Shown here piece after piece: positions 28,720 through 32,000 of a DNA stretch of 32,000 nucleotides (position 1 is the first letter of the stretch; every line of letters starts with the position of its first letter). The notes under the pieces are model-generated. The model was not told where the DNA came from. It worked only from the letters and a program-made list of their open reading frames with translations, and did no database searches. The stretch is taken from positions 173,703 to 205,702 of the forward strand of contig JAWAHN010000003.1 of the NCBI GenBank assembly GCA_038889235.1, given 5' to 3'. The stretch comes from Candidatus Jordarchaeales archaeon (GTDB lineage Archaea; Asgardarchaeota; Jordiarchaeia; Jordiarchaeales; Freyrarchaeaceae). A program made the position numbers and the translations under genes.

Positions 28720-29120
28720 CCCTTAAACCTAAACCCGTAATTCTCCCATACTCTTTCGTCGAGAAGCCGGCAGTATAAGTCTGAGATACAGGTGATGTGT
28801 TGGCTTAATCGGTATATGTGTTGACAGTACTGCAACACCATAGCATCCACGACACTCTAACTCGAGGAGAGCAGTATAGTTGCTGGGTTGAGTGGTGTGA
28901 ATGGAAGCACCCCCTCAGGGAGTAAAGACACCTACTAGGTGACCTAGGAGACCAAAAAGGGAACTTATAGTTAACTTTGCTAAAGCGGCACTATCTCTAT
29001 GGTGGACTCTAAGCTGCAGACGGGATCGGATGATACCCTTCTAGCTGTAGGCGTATGGAGCTCCCGTGCCGGCTGGGCGCTGTACCATGGAATAGTGGAA
29101 GCAGAGATGACTCATTAGGT

Positions 29121-29465
29121 CTAGAACTCCGGTTCTACGATGACCGCCGTACCGTAGGCCAATATCTCGGCGGCCCCGGCCATTACAGCTGACGTAGAAA
29201 ACCTCATAGCTATAATTGCATTGGCTCCCATGCTCTTGGCCTTCTCGATCATCCTCCTCAAAGCTTCATCCCTTGATCGAGCTAAGAGATCCGTGTACTC
29301 TTTAATCTCGCCGCCAACCAAGTTCCTTAATCCTGCCACTATATCGCGGCCCAAGTGCCTAGCCCTCACGGTACTTCCGCTTACAACTCCTAAAACCTTT
29401 CTTATTTTGTAGCCGGGCACGTACTCCGTCGTGGTAACTATGATGTCGCTGACCACTAACACCAC
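29121..29465 (-). CDS. ybjQ: YbjQ/UPF0145 family putative heavy-metal-binding protein
   Basis: IVTTTEYVPG..LGVVSG..RDIVAGLRNLVGGE..Y..L....R..A..RM...A...GANAIIAMRF..YGTAV. Confidence 0.95.
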   Translation of the reverse strand: MVLVVSDIIVTTTEYVPGYKIRKVLGVVSGSTVRARHLGRDIVAGLRNLVGGEIKEYTDLLARSRDEALRRMIEKAKSMGANAIIAMRFSTSAVMAGAAEILAYGTAVIVEPEF

Positions 29466-29586
29466 CGCGACTTATAGTGGCGAAATTAACATTTATAAAT
29501 TACTGGAGGAAGCAATGCTAAAGCTAATATCTGGAAGGTCTTCTGCGTGGGCGCGAAGCGCCTTTTAGTCTGCATTGTGCTGGAGG

Positions 29587-29990
29587 ATGCAAGTACTACT
29601 TGAAAAGATGACGCCTTGCTGTATGGGTGACGAGGCGACTCGAAGAACCTCGATGCCGTAACCGTAGTTAGGGCTTTAGTGGGTAGGGTTCATTGAGGCT
29701 TACGTAAGCCTCTAAAATGTGGCCAAGTTCTACTTCGCCGCCACCAGCAGGAGGATGTAAAAAACTCTCAAATCAAAACTTACGGCTGAAATCTGCACGC
29801 CTTCCTCAGGTCGGCTACAAAATGTAAGCTGCAACCAACAGTAGACGGCCATAAAGAGCGTTGTGCTCAGGTTGGGAAAACAGGCTTAGAGAGGGAAGTT
29901 CTTCGACGCGCTACTGGCGTGCACTGCAAGGGGGAGTGTACTGGGAACGTTGAGGACTTTAAGCTTTTTCATAAGAGCTGAGAACTCCCC
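29587..29990 (+). pseudogene. Decayed PIN-domain (VapC-like) toxin
   Basis: Fragments across frames: DDALLYG, AYVSL*NVAKFYFAATSRR (29698-), FFDALLA (29899-), TGNVEDFKLF, IRAEN. These track the PIN pattern S.QNLaEFY..vT..., FwDal.aat, teN.kDFk..ir.eNP. Confidence 0.5.
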
Positions 29991-30083
29991 CGGGTGTCAC
30001 TGGGAGATGGTTGGCAGTTGACCCAGCCACTCGCAGAAACCGAGACGTTAGGGTGGCTGTCGAAGCCTGGCTGTCGCCCTGTT

Positions 30084-31913
30084 TCACAGGGTGCTCATGA
30101 ACTTGTCAAGCTGCTGCTCTGTGTCCTCTGACTTTATGAATATTGGCACGTTGGTCATCCCGGTAGCTATGTAGCTTGACAGGAGCCATTCTCCAGGCCT
30201 AAACTCAAGCGTTCTTTCAAGGATTTCCCGGTCTATCATGAACGTGTTACTGATAAGCCCTCTATCGTAGGGTCTGGGAAGGGTTCCTATGAAGTACGTG
30301 TGGAGCTGTTGTAAAGCTGAAGTGTTGAGGTGGGCTATGCGCTGCGTTACAAGGCAGCCTCCGAGCCCGTACTTCCTCCCCTGCCTCAGGAGTCTTTCAA
30401 CCTCTTCCGAGCAGGCCTTCTCTATCCCTCTCGCCTTGTCAGGGGCTGGGGCGAATTCCTGCGCCTCATCCCAGACGAAGAGAATGTAAGGCTTAACGCT
30501 GAACTCTCTCTTCCTCCTGGATAAAGCATTCCTGATCGTGTTAATTGTCAGCTGCTTGATCGTCTCAGGGTCTCCTATTGAGAGGCATATGAGTCTGAGG
30601 TCACTGTCGAAGAGTTTCTCCACTATGGTTTTCGGGGCTATGCCTCCTGCAACTTCCTCCTCAACCTTCCTCTCCTTTATCTTTGAGTATATTGTTTTGA
30701 GCGAGGAGAGCCAGCCGTAAAGGTTGCTCCTCTCGTAGACCCCGTATGTAACCTTGAAGTATTCCACGTGTTCGTCTAAATGCCTCACGTACTCCTCGTC
30801 GACCTCGTCCTCCTCCACGAACCCCCTAGAAGTCATGTAGCTATCCGTGAACATCCTTATCTCAGCTATGGCATTCAAGTAGTTCGGCTTGTCGGCGTTT
30901 GAGCTCGCTAGGCTTTCCAGGGTTTGCAGGATATCTGCGAAGGTCGGTGTTTCCACGCTGCGCCTCACGAGGTGTGTGACCCGCCCCAACGAAAGTATTT
31001 TTCCAAGCCCCTTGAGGACGCGTGGGTCGTTTTCGTACTTTTTCGGCTTAACTATTGAGAGGTTGAACTCTTGGGGGGAGTCGACTTCACGCTCCAATAC
31101 CACGAGCGACGGGATTGAGGGGTCTGCCAGGAGGTCCATTAGGAGGAACGGGTACTCGCATGAAATGTCGAAGATCACTATCTTGGTGTCCCGCGTGTGT
31201 CGCAGTATCTTCCTTATTAGGGTTGCGAGGAGGTTGCTTTTTCCGCCGCCGGTGAAAGCGAATATCCCGAAGTGATACCTGACAAGCGACTCGAAGTCAA
31301 CATATATTGGAATCTCCTCGCCGGCGGACTCAAACATTTTCAGGCTGCCTATGTGCCCTCCCTCTCCTTGGATCTTGTCGATCACCCCTCGGTTGTACAT
31401 GTTCTTTATCATCTCCCTGTTGAGGATGTAAACCTGTTCGCCTACCACCGGGTATGAGAAACCTCTAACGTACTCCGCTGACTCCCCTGAAACGACTAGG
31501 TCATAGTTTACGGGTATTGCTGAAATGTGTATGGCCATGGTTGCCTTGTCCTTTGTCTCCCAGTCTTGAACCGTTTGCTCTATGACCTCGAACTGCATGG
31601 GGAAGTATTGGTGCTCCTTAACGCCTAGGAGGCCGAAGTGCTCCGGCCAGAAGCGGGAGAGCTCCATGAGCGTGTAGCGCTCCACTCCTCCCCCACTTTT
31701 AAAGTTCTTCACGGCGAGGAGCATTCCGACGTCTAGAAGCCTCAGCAGCTCCCTGTCGTACTCGACGAGCACGGTGCAAGTGTACGGGGCGGAGGTGCCA
31801 AGCCGCTCGTCTGATGCGGCTTTAGTAGGCTCAACCTTGCTTAACCTTGCCCTAAAACGCCCGTCGAAATCCGTGAAAAAGAGGCTTTTCCTGTCGTCCA
31901 GCCTATTCAACAC
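30084..31913 (-). CDS. HerA/FtsK-superfamily ATPase (HerA-like paralog, N-terminal HAS-barrel-like region)
   Basis: HFGIFAFTGGGKSN (Walker A), IVIFD, FVWDEAQEF (Walker B), LRQGRKYG, VTQR. Confidence 0.88.
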   Translation of the reverse strand: MLNRLDDRKSLFFTDFDGRFRARLSKVEPTKAASDERLGTSAPYTCTVLVEYDRELLRLLDVGMLLAVKNFKSGGGVERYTLMELSRFWPEHFGLLGVKEHQYFPMQFEVIEQTVQDWETKDKATMAIHISAIPVNYDLVVSGESAEYVRGFSYPVVGEQVYILNREMIKNMYNRGVIDKIQGEGGHIGSLKMFESAGEEIPIYVDFESLVRYHFGIFAFTGGGKSNLLATLIRKILRHTRDTKIVIFDISCEYPFLLMDLLADPSIPSLVVLEREVDSPQEFNLSIVKPKKYENDPRVLKGLGKILSLGRVTHLVRRSVETPTFADILQTLESLASSNADKPNYLNAIAEIRMFTDSYMTSRGFVEEDEVDEEYVRHLDEHVEYFKVTYGVYERSNLYGWLSSLKTIYSKIKERKVEEEVAGGIAPKTIVEKLFDSDLRLICLSIGDPETIKQLTINTIRNALSRRKREFSVKPYILFVWDEAQEFAPAPDKARGIEKACSEEVERLLRQGRKYGLGGCLVTQRIAHLNTSALQQLHTYFIGTLPRPYDRGLISNTFMIDREILERTLEFRPGEWLLSSYIATGMTNVPIFIKSEDTEQQLDKFMSTL

Positions 31914-32000
31914 TCACACCCAACTAGAACTTGAAAGGAGAGAGATAAAAACTTAAAGTAGATTCTCTTAGGAAACGTGAGCCCACCGCTCGTGTTATGC

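Noticed and set aside
29695-29712. Perfect 18-bp palindrome GAGGCTTACGTAAGCCTC
   Set aside because: Lies inside the PIN remnant (EAYVSL), is single-copy and has no promoter context; probably chance.
30055-30079. GGCTGTCGAAG and GGCTGTCGCCC resembling the TIR core
   Set aside because: Short matches with no inverted partner or TSD; cannot be called an element end.
1-32000. tRNA, rRNA, SRP/RNase P RNA, CRISPR array, integrase
   Set aside because: None recognised by eye on either strand; small RNAs could be missed without covariance-model searches.

Overview
Archaeal DNA, probably from a thermophile of the TACK or Asgard groups (Bathyarchaeia- or Jordarchaeia-like; inferred from GGAGG Shine-Dalgarno sites, TTG/GTG starts, TATA/BRE promoters and gene content). 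The left ~9 kb is a decaying accessory region: a shredded parallel-beta-helix surface protein, a DUF998-like membrane protein, a V4R-like protein, a dead tnpB enclosed by inverted repeats and a 7-bp target-site duplication, a frameshifted glycoprotein with an ACG start, and a degenerate MNT antitoxin. The rest carries an HSL-family esterase, an atypical CooS (His93->Tyr, Cys295->Glu; CooS-V/clade D-like), a complete trpE-G-D-C-F-B-A operon, a nitroreductase-RHH-SCP2 operon, a ferredoxin, a P-loop NTPase, an ABC exporter, an Lhr helicase-metallophosphoesterase pair, YbjQ, AbrB and PIN remnants and a HerA-like ATPase. Top leads: (1) a Trp-codon leader positioned for a +1 frameshift into trpE, downstream of tandem TGTACA boxes; (2) a TIR/TSD-bounded tnpB whose predicted guide is the TIR itself; (3) a probably non-CO-oxidising CooS. 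All family calls come from motif recognition, not database searches.
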